A stretch of DNA of 64,000 bases, from NCBI GenBank assembly GCA_041946925.1, contig JBHGBI010000005.1:4128-68127 (forward strand), given 5' to 3'. A model generated the notes under the pieces. That model saw only the letters and a list, made by a program, of their open reading frames with translations. It was not told the origin of the DNA and did not search any database. Each line of letters starts with the position of its first letter. Position 1 is the first letter of the stretch. The DNA is from Syntrophales bacterium. Lineage in GTDB: Bacteria > Desulfobacterota > Syntrophia > Syntrophales > UBA4778. Below, piece after piece: positions 31,629 to 41,710 of the stretch. The translations under genes were made by a program, and so were the position numbers.

Positions 31629-32822
31629 TTAACTCAAGCGTCCCACCGCCGCCTTGATCCTCTGAATACCTTCTTCAATGTTTTTCATTGATGTCGCGTA
31701 AGAGAGGCGCACATGATGGTCGCTCCCGAAAGGTACACCGGGGACAACCGCGACATCCGCCTCGTCCAGAAGATACTCGGATAATTCCGCAGAGCCGTTG
31801 ATCTTTCTGCCTTTGAATGAGGTGCCGAAAAGGCCTGCTACATTCGGGAAAACATAAAAGGCCCCCCGGGGATTAAGGCAATGCACCCCTGGAATGTCGT
31901 TTAATTCCCTTACGATATAATCGCGCCGCATCTTGAATTCTCTGACCATCTCGGCGACAATGCTCTGATCGCCGTTGAGCGCTTCCGTTGCGGCCTTCTG
32001 TGAGATCGACGTGGGGTTGGATGTGTTCTGACTCTGCATCTCGGTCATGGCGGATATGATTTCCCGGGGACCGGCAGCATACCCTATACGCCACCCGGTC
32101 ATGGAGTATGCCTTGGAGACGCCGTTGACGACGATCGTCGCATCCTTGATCTCGGGATGGACCTCGGCGATGTTATGAAAGGAGAAGCCGTCGTAGACGA
32201 TTTTCTCATAGATATCGTCCGAAATGACCAGGATTTTTTTCTCCAGCATTACCTCTGCCAGAGCGGCGAGTTCACTGGCATCGTATGCGATACCCGTGGG
32301 ATTGGAAGGACTGTTCAGAATGACCGCTTTCGTGTTTCTGCCTGTCATCGATTTGAGCCTGGTAGGATCTATCTTAAATCCTTCTGACTCCTTCGTTTCA
32401 AGAATAACGGGTCTGGCGCCTGTCAGCAGGATAATATCGGGATAGGAGACCCAGTAAGGGGCCGGCACGATCACCTCGTCCCCTTCCTCGAATAGAACTT
32501 GGGCCAGATTATATAGAGCGTGTTTGGCCCCGCAGGAAACAACGATCTGCTGATGTTGGTAATCGAGGCGATTATCCCGCAGGAGCTTGCTTCTTATAGC
32601 ATCCTTGAGTTCGTCGATGCCTCCGACCGGAGTGTATTTAGTAAAGCCCCCTTCAATAGCCGTTATGGCGGCCAGCTTGATATTCGCGGGCGTATCGAAA
32701 TCGGGCTCACCGGCTCCGAACCCAATAATGTTCCTTCCTTGGGCGCGCAGATACTGTGCCCTTGCAGTGATGGCCAGCGTCGGCGACGGCTTTATTTTTG
32801 CTGTCCTGGAAGCTAGTTTCAT
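31629..32822 (-). CDS. aspC: Aspartate aminotransferase family (class I PLP-dependent)
   Basis: GEPDFDTP, NSPSNPTG, SDDIYE, SKAYSMTGWRIG. Confidence 0.9.
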   Translation of the reverse strand: MKLASRTAKIKPSPTLAITARAQYLRAQGRNIIGFGAGEPDFDTPANIKLAAITAIEGGFTKYTPVGGIDELKDAIRSKLLRDNRLDYQHQQIVVSCGAKHALYNLAQVLFEEGDEVIVPAPYWVSYPDIILLTGARPVILETKESEGFKIDPTRLKSMTGRNTKAVILNSPSNPTGIAYDASELAALAEVMLEKKILVISDDIYEKIVYDGFSFHNIAEVHPEIKDATIVVNGVSKAYSMTGWRIGYAAGPREIISAMTEMQSQNTSNPTSISQKAATEALNGDQSIVAEMVREFKMRRDYIVRELNDIPGVHCLNPRGAFYVFPNVAGLFGTSFKGRKINGSAELSEYLLDEADVAVVPGVPFGSDHHVRLSYATSMKNIEEGIQRIKAAVGRLS

Positions 32823-33313
32823 GATTTCTCCATACAGGAATATTTTTCCACCAACCTGTGTAGGACGACATCGGGCACCAGTCCCCGGACGGACCCGCCG
32901 TGGCTGGCCGCCTCTTTAATCAGGTTCGAACTTGTATAGAACCACTTGTAACCCGTCATGAGGAAAACAGTCTCTATTTCTCTGTTGAGTCTGCGGTTGA
33001 TGAGGGCCATCTGAAACTCATACTCGAAATCGGATACGGCCCTGAGACCCCTTAAAATGATATTGGCGCCCGCGCTCTTGACATAATCGACAAGCAGGCC
33101 GGCTGAACTATCGATATTGATTCTGGGATCGTCTCCCACTACCTGCCGGATCAGTTCAATCCTTTCCTCAACGGAAAAGAGCGAGCTTTTATTCGGGTTG
33201 TAAGCCACCAGAATAATCAGGCGGTCGAAAAATCTCATTCCACGTCGTATAATATCTAAATGACCATTCGTAATCGGATCGAAAGAACCCGGATAAACAG
33301 CTATGCGTTCCAT
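32819..33313 (-). CDS. coaD: Phosphopantetheine adenylyltransferase
   Basis: YPGSFDPITNGHLDI and RGLRAVSDFEYE. Confidence 0.98.
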   Translation of the reverse strand: MERIAVYPGSFDPITNGHLDIIRRGMRFFDRLIILVAYNPNKSSLFSVEERIELIRQVVGDDPRINIDSSAGLLVDYVKSAGANIILRGLRAVSDFEYEFQMALINRRLNREIETVFLMTGYKWFYTSSNLIKEAASHGGSVRGLVPDVVLHRLVEKYSCMEKS

Positions 33314-33330
33314 CTCTACCTCATTCAATA

Positions 33331-33421
33331 CAGACAGGCTCAGGCGTCGGGATAAAAATCTTTGCAGAGCGCCTGACGTCTGTTTCTTCTGCCTTTCACC
33401 CTCAGCCCTTCGCCTGCAGCG
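33331..33421 (-). repeat. Heptamer repeat element in the rsmD-coaD spacer
   Basis: + strand TTCTGCC TTTCACC CTCAGCC CTTCGCC (33387-33414), plus inverted CAGAC..TCAGGCG / CGCCTGA.GTCTG. Confidence 0.65.
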
Positions 33422-33445
33422 AAGCTCTGCATAGGTGAACGTTTT

Positions 33446-33997
33446 TCAACAGCCTGTAAAAACAGAAATGCCGGTATCACCGTAACGTCTTTGATCGATC
33501 AGCACCATATTTTCCGGGCACGCCGGAAATTCCTCTTTCAATGAATGCTGCACAACAACAACGCCGCCGGGTGCCAGAAGCGCGCCCCTGGACAGCAGAC
33601 GCAATGTTCCGTCGACATAGCCTTCTCCGTAAGGCGGATCGGCAAATGCGATATCGAAAAATGTTCCCCTCCTCTCCAACAACGACACCCCTTTTGCTAC
33701 CGTCATCGCCATCACTTCACCCCGGGATTCGAATCCGCACTTACGCAGGTTCCTCTTCAGCGCTTCCACCATGACAGGGTCTTTTTCGATAAAGACCGAA
33801 TTTGCAGCGCCGCGGCTGAGCGCCTCTATCCCGATGCTGCCCGTACCGGCAAATAGATCGAGAAAGCTTTTATTCTCAAGGGGGCCGAGAATATTAAACA
33901 GGGATTCTTTTACCCTGCCCGTGGTCGGCCTGACTCTGGAGTGCCGCGGCATAAAAAGCCTGCATCCCTTTGCCCCGCCGCCAATAATTCTGACCAT
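33446..33997 (-). CDS. rsmD: 16S rRNA m2G966 methyltransferase
   Basis: RIIGG, RPTT.RVKESLFNIL, LDLFAGTG, DPPY; upstream of coaD. Confidence 0.95.
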   Translation of the reverse strand: MVRIIGGGAKGCRLFMPRHSRVRPTTGRVKESLFNILGPLENKSFLDLFAGTGSIGIEALSRGAANSVFIEKDPVMVEALKRNLRKCGFESRGEVMAMTVAKGVSLLERRGTFFDIAFADPPYGEGYVDGTLRLLSRGALLAPGGVVVVQHSLKEEFPACPENMVLIDQRRYGDTGISVFTGC

Positions 33998-33999
33998 TT

Positions 34000-35019
34000 C
34001 TATTTCAGGTAATCTCTTATCAGGATTTCCGCAATCTGCACGGCATTGAGGGCGGCGCCTTTTCTCAGGTTATCCGAGACGACCCAGAGGTTGATACCGT
34101 TTGCAATCGATTCATCCTCCCTGATCCGCCCCACAAACGTTTCATCCTTTCCTGCGGCGTAAATTGCCAGAGGATATTCAAGTTTTCCGGGGTTATCCAG
34201 CACGACAACGCCGGGCGCCCCTGTCAGCAATTTCCTCACCTGCGCCGCTGTAATCTTTTTGTCAGTCTCAATATTTACGGACTCAGAATGGCAGCGGAAA
34301 ACCGGCACCCTGACCGTCGTCGCCGTCACGGCGATCGAGTCATCTTCCATGATCTTTCTTGTTTCCAGAATCATTTTCATTTCTTCCTTCGTGTATCCGT
34401 TCTCCAGGAATACATCGATCTGCGGAAGACAATTAAAAGCGATCTGGTGCGGGTAAACCTTCACTTCGGGGTCTTTGAAATTCATGATGGACACTGTCTG
34501 ATGGGCAAGTTCTTCCATAGCCTTCTTACCCGTCCCCGATACGGATTGATACGTGGAAACCACGATCCGTTTGATCCTCGCTGCGTCATGGATCGGCTTC
34601 AGGACCACGACCATCTGTATGGTCGAACAGTTCGGGTTGGCGATGATTCCTTTGTTCTCGTATTTGCTGATTGCATGTGAATTGACCTCGGGGACGACCA
34701 GGGGAACATCCGGATCCATCCTGAAAGCACTTGTATTATCAATTACAACGCAACCCGCCGCCGCAGCCAGAGGCGCGAATTTCTGGCTGACGCTCCCTCC
34801 AGCGGAAAAAAGGCCGATATCGATGCCCTGAAAAGAATCTTCCTTCAAAACCCTCACACGATGAGGCGTGCCATTGAAATTCAATACCTTTGCCTCTGAA
34901 CGCTCCGAAGCGAGCAGTGTCAGTTCTTTTACCGGGAATTTCCTTTCTTCCAGAATAGATATCATCTCATTGCCGACAGCGCCTGTTGCGCCTACTACCG
35001 CCACATTGTATTTTCTCAT
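34000..35019 (-). CDS. asd: Aspartate-semialdehyde dehydrogenase
   Basis: VVGATGAVG, DNTSAFRM, IIANPNCST, STYQSVSG, DNLRKGAALN. Start trimmed to ATG 35019 with GGAG SD. Confidence 0.97.
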   Translation of the reverse strand: MRKYNVAVVGATGAVGNEMISILEERKFPVKELTLLASERSEAKVLNFNGTPHRVRVLKEDSFQGIDIGLFSAGGSVSQKFAPLAAAAGCVVIDNTSAFRMDPDVPLVVPEVNSHAISKYENKGIIANPNCSTIQMVVVLKPIHDAARIKRIVVSTYQSVSGTGKKAMEELAHQTVSIMNFKDPEVKVYPHQIAFNCLPQIDVFLENGYTKEEMKMILETRKIMEDDSIAVTATTVRVPVFRCHSESVNIETDKKITAAQVRKLLTGAPGVVVLDNPGKLEYPLAIYAAGKDETFVGRIREDESIANGINLWVVSDNLRKGAALNAVQIAEILIRDYLK

Positions 35020-35122
35020 AAAATCCATCTCCAACCATGCATGATACTGAAAAACTCCGGTAACGAACTGTACTCGCCCCGACACCGATTCGGCGACCCT
35101 GGTGGCGTTCCGGAGTGTTTTT

Positions 35123-35150
35123 CTTCGCCCTTGGCCCTTAGCCTCTCGCC
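35123..35150 (-). repeat. Four tandem heptamers directly after the pssA stop codon
   Basis: mRNA strand GGCGAGA GGCTAAG GGCCAAG GGCGAAG. Confidence 0.75.
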
Positions 35151-35155
35151 GGTAA

Positions 35156-35950
35156 TTATACCGGATGTCCTGCTTGCTGCGGCTCTTCTTTTTTGATCCC
35201 CTTCCTTTTTGCAATCTTGATAATCGTCCATATCGGACCCGATACAGCATATCCGAATGCAAAGGTGAAAAATGTGATTTGAGGTTCAGCGATGACGATG
35301 ATCATTATCATCAGGATCAATATGAACGACATGAACGGTTTCCTTGTGAAATAATTCAGGTCCTTGAAACTGTAATATTTAATGCTGCTCACCATCAGCA
35401 CAGAAAGAACACTCACTGCGAAAAGTACCGACAGATGGTTGAATTCCCCTGTCCCGCCGAGAAATTGATAGAGAATCACAGCCGAAGCCAGGACAATAGC
35501 AGCGGCGGGGATTGGCAAACCATTGAATACGCTTTTATCGATGATGGCTATCTGCACGTTGAAACGGGCCAGACGGAGCGCCCCGCAGGCGACGTAAAGA
35601 AAGGCAACGAGCCATCCCCATTTCCCGTAGGGAGAAAGCGACCACGTGTATGCGAGGACCGACGGGGCGACGCCGAAGGCGACCAGATCCGACAGAGAAT
35701 CGTATTCCGTGCCGAATTTACTGGTCGTGTTCGTCATGCGAGCCATTCTCCCGTCAAGGCCGTCGAGGATGAGCGCGATTACGATAGCGACCGCCGCGCG
35801 CACATAATCCTCATTCATCGACGCCACGATGGAATAGAAACCGGAAAACAGGCTCGCCGTCGTAAAAAGATTGGGCAAGACATAAATCCCCTTTTTCATT
35901 CTATCTTTTCTGAACCGGGTGCGATTGATGAATCTGCCTTTGTTTTTCAT
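35156..35950 (-). CDS. pssA: CDP-diacylglycerol--serine O-phosphatidyltransferase
   Basis: LPNLFT, DGLDGRMAR..TSKFG.EYDSLSD (CDP-alcohol motif), LRLARFN. Confidence 0.95.
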   Translation of the reverse strand: MKNKGRFINRTRFRKDRMKKGIYVLPNLFTTASLFSGFYSIVASMNEDYVRAAVAIVIALILDGLDGRMARMTNTTSKFGTEYDSLSDLVAFGVAPSVLAYTWSLSPYGKWGWLVAFLYVACGALRLARFNVQIAIIDKSVFNGLPIPAAAIVLASAVILYQFLGGTGEFNHLSVLFAVSVLSVLMVSSIKYYSFKDLNYFTRKPFMSFILILMIMIIVIAEPQITFFTFAFGYAVSGPIWTIIKIAKRKGIKKEEPQQAGHPV

Positions 35951-36591
35951 GTGAGATATCCTATAATGGTTTCTCCGGCTTTGACTTTATCCCCCACCTT
36001 CGTCAAAATATTCGAATCAAGAGGCAGGAATATCTCCAGCCTCGAACCATAACAGATCAAACCGAATCTCTGGCCCCGTTCAACCGCCATACCTTCATGG
36101 ACCCAGCAAATGATCCTCCGCGCGACAACACCGGCGATTTGTATCAGGAGAATTTCCCTTCCCCGATCTGTTTTCAGGAGAATCGAGTTTTTTTCGTTCA
36201 TGGAGGATGCCTTATCCAGGCTTGCGACCAGGAATTTCCCCTTGTGATAGCGAACTGCGTCGACCTTTCCCGGAAAAGGTATTCTGTTTACGTGTACATT
36301 GAACACATTCATGAATACACTGATTTTCCTGAATCTGCCTTTGATCAGCGAGTCCTCCTGGACCTCCTCGATCTTAAGGACCTTCCCGTCCGCGGGAGAT
36401 ACTACAGCTTGCGTATCCTGTGGTATCGTCCGCTCGGGATTTCGGAAAAACCAGATATTGAATGAGGTGACAAAGAAAAAGAAGATTGCTGTCCAGAGCA
36501 TTCCCAAAACAGCGAAGATGATTACGGAAAGGGCGAAAGGGATAATGATCTTGTATCCTTCGCGAATGATGAGTTCGTTTCTACTGTGCAT
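35947..36591 (-). CDS. psd: Phosphatidylserine decarboxylase proenzyme
   Basis: FFRNPER, VSPADGKV, NVHVNR, QIAG.VARRI, YGSR cleavage site. Confidence 0.95.
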   Translation of the reverse strand: MHSRNELIIREGYKIIIPFALSVIIFAVLGMLWTAIFFFFVTSFNIWFFRNPERTIPQDTQAVVSPADGKVLKIEEVQEDSLIKGRFRKISVFMNVFNVHVNRIPFPGKVDAVRYHKGKFLVASLDKASSMNEKNSILLKTDRGREILLIQIAGVVARRIICWVHEGMAVERGQRFGLICYGSRLEIFLPLDSNILTKVGDKVKAGETIIGYLT

Positions 36592-36609
36592 ACGGTTGTG
36601 GCGAATATA

Positions 36610-36834
36610 TCAACTTTCTCTGTACCTGGACAGGATTTCATGTATCTTATCCTTGCCCATCAATTTCAGCTTCTGAATTTTCTTCCTTTCGATCTCCTCT
36701 TCCGGCGTGAGATAGACACGTTTGTTAAAGTCTTCGAGAACCTTTTCAAACCGCTCATGGTCCTCGATATGTCTTCTGAGTTCTTCGTCTTTATCGATAT
36801 ACCGGGCAATCAATTGCTCATCGGCTTTTTCCAT
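36610..36834 (-). CDS. DUF465 / YdcH-like small coiled-coil protein
   Basis: YLTPEEEIERKKIQKLKLMGKD; GGAGG SD. Confidence 0.85.
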   Translation of the reverse strand: MEKADEQLIARYIDKDEELRRHIEDHERFEKVLEDFNKRVYLTPEEEIERKKIQKLKLMGKDKIHEILSRYRES

Positions 36835-36942
36835 TCAGCGACACCTCCAAAATTGGGTTTCCCCTCTGTGTGTGATTTATATTAAATACCTCTTTTTGTC
36901 AATGATCCCGAAGAAGAAGGCGGGTCGTCCGGCGCCCGGAAG

Positions 36943-37623
36943 TCATGTGTTCGCCTCCACTGCGGGGTCCCTGATATATAAGGGCGCAAGCCGACTCACA
37001 TCGGCTGTGTGCCCCGCAATAAACTTCTCCCTGGCCAGCAGGCCGACGGCTGAGGCCCGTATAAACCGCAAGTGCGGAGGGGCAACATAAAACCTGCCGC
37101 GCAGCATCTTTTCCATCAAATGTACATATACTGTCGCGCCGTCGCCGGTGAATATTACATCCTGACGAATTGACGCGAAAAAGTCCCGGGGATCAGCAAC
37201 TACTTCCGGGCCTGCTTTCTCGGGCGCGCCGCTCTTCCTGGACCGATAAACGGCCGCATAAATCTGACCCTTTTTCGCATCGAGCAAAGGGCAGATCGCC
37301 ATGGGCACATGAAAGAGATTGTATGCGAGGGCATCGAGAGTGGAAACCGCTGCAACAGGTTTTGATGCGGCGAGCGCGAGGCCTTTCACGATGCTAATCC
37401 CTATACGCAAGCCTGTAAAAGAGCCGGGTCCCGACGTGATGGCAAAGAGATCAACATCTCTGATTTGAAGCCCGGAAAACCTCAGGACTTCACCCACAGC
37501 CGGAAGAACCGACTCCGAGTGATTTTTTCCTGAATTGAGCAGGATCTCGGCAAGCACGCTGTCCTGTTTCAATAAAGCAACGCTTCCCGACCTGGTCGAT
37601 GTATCAAAAGCCAGGGTATACAT
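36943..37623 (-). CDS. tsaB: tRNA threonylcarbamoyladenosine biosynthesis protein TsaB
   Basis: LAFDTST, GPGSFTGLRIG, LDAKK, PLYIR. Confidence 0.95.
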   Translation of the reverse strand: MYTLAFDTSTRSGSVALLKQDSVLAEILLNSGKNHSESVLPAVGEVLRFSGLQIRDVDLFAITSGPGSFTGLRIGISIVKGLALAASKPVAAVSTLDALAYNLFHVPMAICPLLDAKKGQIYAAVYRSRKSGAPEKAGPEVVADPRDFFASIRQDVIFTGDGATVYVHLMEKMLRGRFYVAPPHLRFIRASAVGLLAREKFIAGHTADVSRLAPLYIRDPAVEANT

Positions 37624-38691
37624 CTATTCGCCGAAGATCCTGATGATATCGTTGTAGAAGACAAACAGCATCAACATGATTAACAGAACAAACCCCACCT
37701 GCTGAGCCATTTCGCGCCATCTGACATTGATCTCCCTGCCGGTAATCAGCTCGATGATAAAGAAAAACAGATGACCTCCGTCAAGGACGGGTACAGGCAA
37801 AAGATTAAGCACGCCGAGATTGATGCTCAAAATCGCCATGAAGAATATGAACGGGAGTATCCCCTTCTTTACCTGTGAGCCGGCCATCTGTGCAATCAGA
37901 ATAGGGCCTCCCAGGGTGGAAGGAGAAACGGCACCCTCCAGTATCTTGAAAAGACTCACGACTGTCAGTTCGCTTACGTACCATGTTTGTTCGAGCCCCG
38001 ACCATACAGCCCGGACAGGATTCTCCCTCTTTGTGAAAATCTGTGAAGAAGCCTGGATGCCGATTTTATAGCTCTCCATGTCCTCCCCGAAGATATTTTT
38101 CGCCGCCGTCGGCTTCGCTTTCAGACGTACCTCCATTGTCTGCCCGTCCCGGGCTATCTTGAAGGCCATTTCTTTTCCTTTGCTCTTGGCAATTGCATCC
38201 GCGATTTCTGTCCAGCTCGAGACCTTTCTGCCGTCGATTTCCGTGATCCGGTCCTTCTCCCGAAGGCCAGCCTCGTAAGCTGCCGAACCGGACTGGACGC
38301 CTCCGATCTCGGTGGTCAGCGTTGGAATGCCGATCATGAAAATGAGAGAAAATACAAGAACCGCGAACAGGAAATTGAAAGCCGGGCCTGCAGCCACAAT
38401 GGCTATCCTCTTTGCCACGTGTTGTTTTAAAAAAGATCTACTCTCATCTTCCGGCGGAAGTTCATCTCCTTGTGATTCACCCAGGAGTTTCACATAGCCT
38501 CCCAGGGGGACAGCCGAAAGCAGATATTCCGTCTCGCCGTATTTTCTGCCGATCAACTTTGGGCCGAAACCGAGGGAAAATTTCAAGACACCTACCCCCG
38601 ACATTTTGGCGACAAGGAAGTGACCGAATTCATGAACGAAAATCAGTACTCCCAGCAGAATGATAACGGATACGATGTCAATTCCTATCAT
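37624..38691 (-). CDS. rseP: RIP metalloprotease RseP
   Basis: HEFGH, PLGGYVK, PDZ domain, NLLPVPVLDGG. Confidence 0.96.
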   Translation of the reverse strand: MIGIDIVSVIILLGVLIFVHEFGHFLVAKMSGVGVLKFSLGFGPKLIGRKYGETEYLLSAVPLGGYVKLLGESQGDELPPEDESRSFLKQHVAKRIAIVAAGPAFNFLFAVLVFSLIFMIGIPTLTTEIGGVQSGSAAYEAGLREKDRITEIDGRKVSSWTEIADAIAKSKGKEMAFKIARDGQTMEVRLKAKPTAAKNIFGEDMESYKIGIQASSQIFTKRENPVRAVWSGLEQTWYVSELTVVSLFKILEGAVSPSTLGGPILIAQMAGSQVKKGILPFIFFMAILSINLGVLNLLPVPVLDGGHLFFFIIELITGREINVRWREMAQQVGFVLLIMLMLFVFYNDIIRIFGE

Positions 38692-39850
38692 TTGGCATGT
38701 CCCTGATGATTTCTTCGGCCTTGTTTCTCGCCCAGCGGTCCGCGTCCAGAATGTCCTTTATCGACGAGGGCTGCACGTTTCTGTAAGCATTCATGCATCT
38801 CTCAATAACGTCTGCAATGTCAGTGAAACCGATCTTCCCTGCAATAAATGATCCGACGGCGACTTCGTTCGAGGCATTCAATACGGCCGGCTTCGTGCCT
38901 CCTTCCCTTCCGGCCTCGTACGCAAGCCTTAAACCCGGAAATTTTTCTATATCGGGTGCGAGGAACTCCAGACGGCCGGTTTTCAGAAGATCGAGTTTTT
39001 CCATGCTTCCCGAAATCCTGTCGGGATAGCTGAGAGCGTAAGCGATGGGTCCCTTCATGTCGGGAACGCCCATTTGCGCGATAACGGATCCGTCCACGTA
39101 CTCCACCATGGAATGGACGATACTCTGTGGATGGATTACGATGTCAATCTCATCGATGCGCGCGCCGAAGAACCACTTTGCCTCTATGACTTCAAGGCCC
39201 TTATTTATCATTGTAGCAGAGTCTACCGTAATCTTTCTCCCCATTTTCCAGTTTGGATGACGCAAGGCATCGGCTACGGTCACATTTTTCAAATCATTTC
39301 TGGATACCTGCAGAAAAGGGCCGCCCGACGCCGTTAAAATGATCCTCTTGAGGTATTTCCTGCCGTGTCCTTCCAGGCACTGGAATACGGCGCTGTGCTC
39401 GCTGTCCACGGGCAGTATTCTGATTCCCTTCTCGGCGGCTTTTCGGACAACGATTTCACCCGCCATGACCATTGTCTCTTTATTGGCGAGAGCGATGTGC
39501 TTACCTGATTCGATGGCATCCACGGTCGGAAGCAATCCCGCCGCGCCGACAATCGCCGAGACAACCATATCGGCCTCTTTGAGAGCGGCGATCTCTCTGT
39601 AGCCTTCACTTCCCCACAAGACCTTTGTCCCCAAGGTACGGTCAATCATTTCAGAGATCGCCCGGGCGATTTCTTCATTAACAACGGCTACGACTCTGGG
39701 ACGAAAGCGCTCGATCTGGTTTTTCAGCACCTGGATATTCGAACCGGCAGCCAGAGCGACAGCCTTGAAGTCGCGCGGGTGGGATGCGATGACCTCCAGT
39801 GCATTGACCCCGATCGAACCTGTAGAGCCGAGTATGGATATTTTTTTCAT
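38678..39850 (-). CDS. dxr: 1-deoxy-D-xylulose 5-phosphate reductoisomerase
   Basis: LGSTGSIG, ALANKE, PVDSEH, HPNWKMG.KITVDSAT. Confidence 0.98.
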   Translation of the reverse strand: MKKISILGSTGSIGVNALEVIASHPRDFKAVALAAGSNIQVLKNQIERFRPRVVAVVNEEIARAISEMIDRTLGTKVLWGSEGYREIAALKEADMVVSAIVGAAGLLPTVDAIESGKHIALANKETMVMAGEIVVRKAAEKGIRILPVDSEHSAVFQCLEGHGRKYLKRIILTASGGPFLQVSRNDLKNVTVADALRHPNWKMGRKITVDSATMINKGLEVIEAKWFFGARIDEIDIVIHPQSIVHSMVEYVDGSVIAQMGVPDMKGPIAYALSYPDRISGSMEKLDLLKTGRLEFLAPDIEKFPGLRLAYEAGREGGTKPAVLNASNEVAVGSFIAGKIGFTDIADVIERCMNAYRNVQPSSIKDILDADRWARNKAEEIIRDMPNDRN

Positions 39851-40653
39851 GAAATCACAAACACTCTATAATAGAAGATAAAAGGACTAGAAAAGAGGAA
39901 AAAATCCAGACGGTCCAGAATTCCTCCGTGTCCAGGGAAAATCGAGCCGGAGTCTTTTGTCCCGTACGCTCTTTTGATCGCTGACTCGCTGAGATCGCCC
40001 AACTGGCCGAGGATGTTTCCGACCAGACTCATAGCGACCAGGTGCACAGCGGGAAGGGCCGGCAAATAGAACAGCTTGAACAATATACATCCGCTCATGC
40101 TCCCGACGACTGATCCGATTGCTCCTTCCACTGTCTTAGCTGGGCTTACTTCCGGGAACAGTTTCCGTCGTCCCAGCGTCCTACCCGTATAGAATGCTAC
40201 GGTATCCCCCGAAAAAGCAAGTACAACCAGAAACATAATCCACAGAAGCCCCTGCTCTCTTTCCCTGATCAGGATTAAATGAGACAAAAGGACAGGAATG
40301 GCCACTGACCCGACGAGCATTTTACCGAGCGGCGCAATATCGATTTCCTTGCGGCGGATGGCTAGAAGAAAAAAAAGCCACACCATGATAATGGAGAGAG
40401 CAGTAGTTGCCATCATCAGGGATAGCTGATTCTGCCATGCTGTCAACGCAATCGCCGCCGGCGGAAGTAGGGCAAGATTCTTTTCCGGATGCGATCCTTT
40501 TCCGTAGGCCATGCGGCCGAATTCGACGACAGCTCCCATTATCAGTGCAGTGATAAACAGTGCAAAGAGTGTTTCCGATCCATACAGGATCAAAACAAGA
40601 ACTATCGGGCCTGCGATTAGTCCGGTGATCCATCTCTTGAGGTGAGCATTCAT
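39847..40653 (-). CDS. cdsA: Phosphatidate cytidylyltransferase
   Basis: SPAKTVEG, GDLSESAIKR, KDSGSIFPGHGGILDRLD. Start 40653-40662. Confidence 0.95.
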   Translation of the reverse strand: MNAHLKRWITGLIAGPIVLVLILYGSETLFALFITALIMGAVVEFGRMAYGKGSHPEKNLALLPPAAIALTAWQNQLSLMMATTALSIIMVWLFFLLAIRRKEIDIAPLGKMLVGSVAIPVLLSHLILIREREQGLLWIMFLVVLAFSGDTVAFYTGRTLGRRKLFPEVSPAKTVEGAIGSVVGSMSGCILFKLFYLPALPAVHLVAMSLVGNILGQLGDLSESAIKRAYGTKDSGSIFPGHGGILDRLDFFLFSSPFIFYYRVFVIS

Positions 40654-40738
40654 ACCCATCACGCATCGCTTTTCAATTTCAGGATAACACAGGGGAAGAG
40701 CTTCCCTTGAATCTTGGGTATTTGCCCTGCCGAGCCCA

Positions 40739-41476
40739 CTAATCCTTCGGCAACTGGTCGCTGGTAAGTCCGAATCTTCTTTCCCGTTTCTGATAGTCGA
40801 GAATCGCCTTGTTCAGATCCTGTCTGCTGAAATCAGGCCACAGTACGTCCGTGAAATAGAATTCCGTGTACGCAGTCTGCCACAAAAGGAAATTGCTCAA
40901 CCGATATTCGCCGCTCGTCCTGATCAGCAGGTCCGGATCGGGTATTCCGGAAGTATCCAGGTAACCTGAAAAAGTCTGCATGGTGATCTCGTCCGGATCA
41001 AACGATTTTTCTCCGGCGTCTCTCATTATCTTCCGCACGGCCCTGACGATCTCGTCCCGGCCACTGTAACTCAGCGCAAGATTCAGGACCATGCCGTTAT
41101 TACGAGAAGTCTCCTCTATGGAATCTATAAGAATTTCCCTGACTTTCTGCGGCAAGACATCCACATTGCCGATCGTCGTCAGGCGGATATTGTTCTTGAG
41201 CATCGTCGGAAGCTCTTTTTCCAGGTATTCGCCAAGCAGGGTCATCAAGGCATTTACTTCTTTCTGCGGGCGAAGCCAGTTCTCGACTGAAAAGGCGTAA
41301 AGAGTCAAATATCTTATGCCCATTTCCCTGCAGGCGGTCACTACGGTTCTTACGGCCTTTACACCCGCGCGGTGCCCCGCGATTCTTCGCAATGCATTTT
41401 TTTTAGCCCACCTTCCATTGCCGTCCATGATTATGGCGATATGGCGGGGGAGCTTTGCAGGGTCTATTTTTTTCAT
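40739..41476 (-). CDS. uppS: Undecaprenyl diphosphate synthase
   Basis: HIAIIMDGNGRWA, YAFSVENW.RP, DLLIRTSGE.RLSNFLLWQ. Confidence 0.98.
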   Translation of the reverse strand: MKKIDPAKLPRHIAIIMDGNGRWAKKNALRRIAGHRAGVKAVRTVVTACREMGIRYLTLYAFSVENWLRPQKEVNALMTLLGEYLEKELPTMLKNNIRLTTIGNVDVLPQKVREILIDSIEETSRNNGMVLNLALSYSGRDEIVRAVRKIMRDAGEKSFDPDEITMQTFSGYLDTSGIPDPDLLIRTSGEYRLSNFLLWQTAYTEFYFTDVLWPDFSRQDLNKAILDYQKRERRFGLTSDQLPKD

Positions 41477-41490
41477 AAGTTAATGGTGTG

Positions 41491-41597
41491 GGCCTCGTAA
41501 AAAAATCGAGTTTAGTCCAGACTGTCATGCATGAGCTTGGCCTGTTCTAAACTTGTCGAAGGGAAGCAGAATGCAAAATCAATAACTGCGAGGGGCC
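41491..41597. repeat. Possible degenerate MITE/REP-like element
   Basis: Ends GGCCTCGTAAAAA ... GCGAGGGGCC form an imperfect inverted pair; internal CTTGTCGAAGGG. Confidence 0.35.
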
Positions 41598-41667
41598 TGA
41601 AGCCGTTGCCATTGAGTACCATACCCTGACTATATTTTCAAGAATATTCGCAAGTTATGCCTATAAT

Positions 41668-41695
41668 AAAAACAGGGGGATGGACGACTCCCCCT
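41668..41695 (-). terminator. Intrinsic terminator after frr
   Basis: Minus strand AGGGGGA-N8-TCCCCCT followed by GTTTTT. Confidence 0.65.
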
Positions 41696-41710
41696 TTCAA
41701 TCCTGATAGG

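Noticed and set aside
35020-35262. N-terminal extensions in the ORF track for asd (also ispG, purN, DUF4911, MFS)
   Set aside because: Family homology and SD sites begin at downstream starts; the extensions cross intergenic or other-gene sequence.
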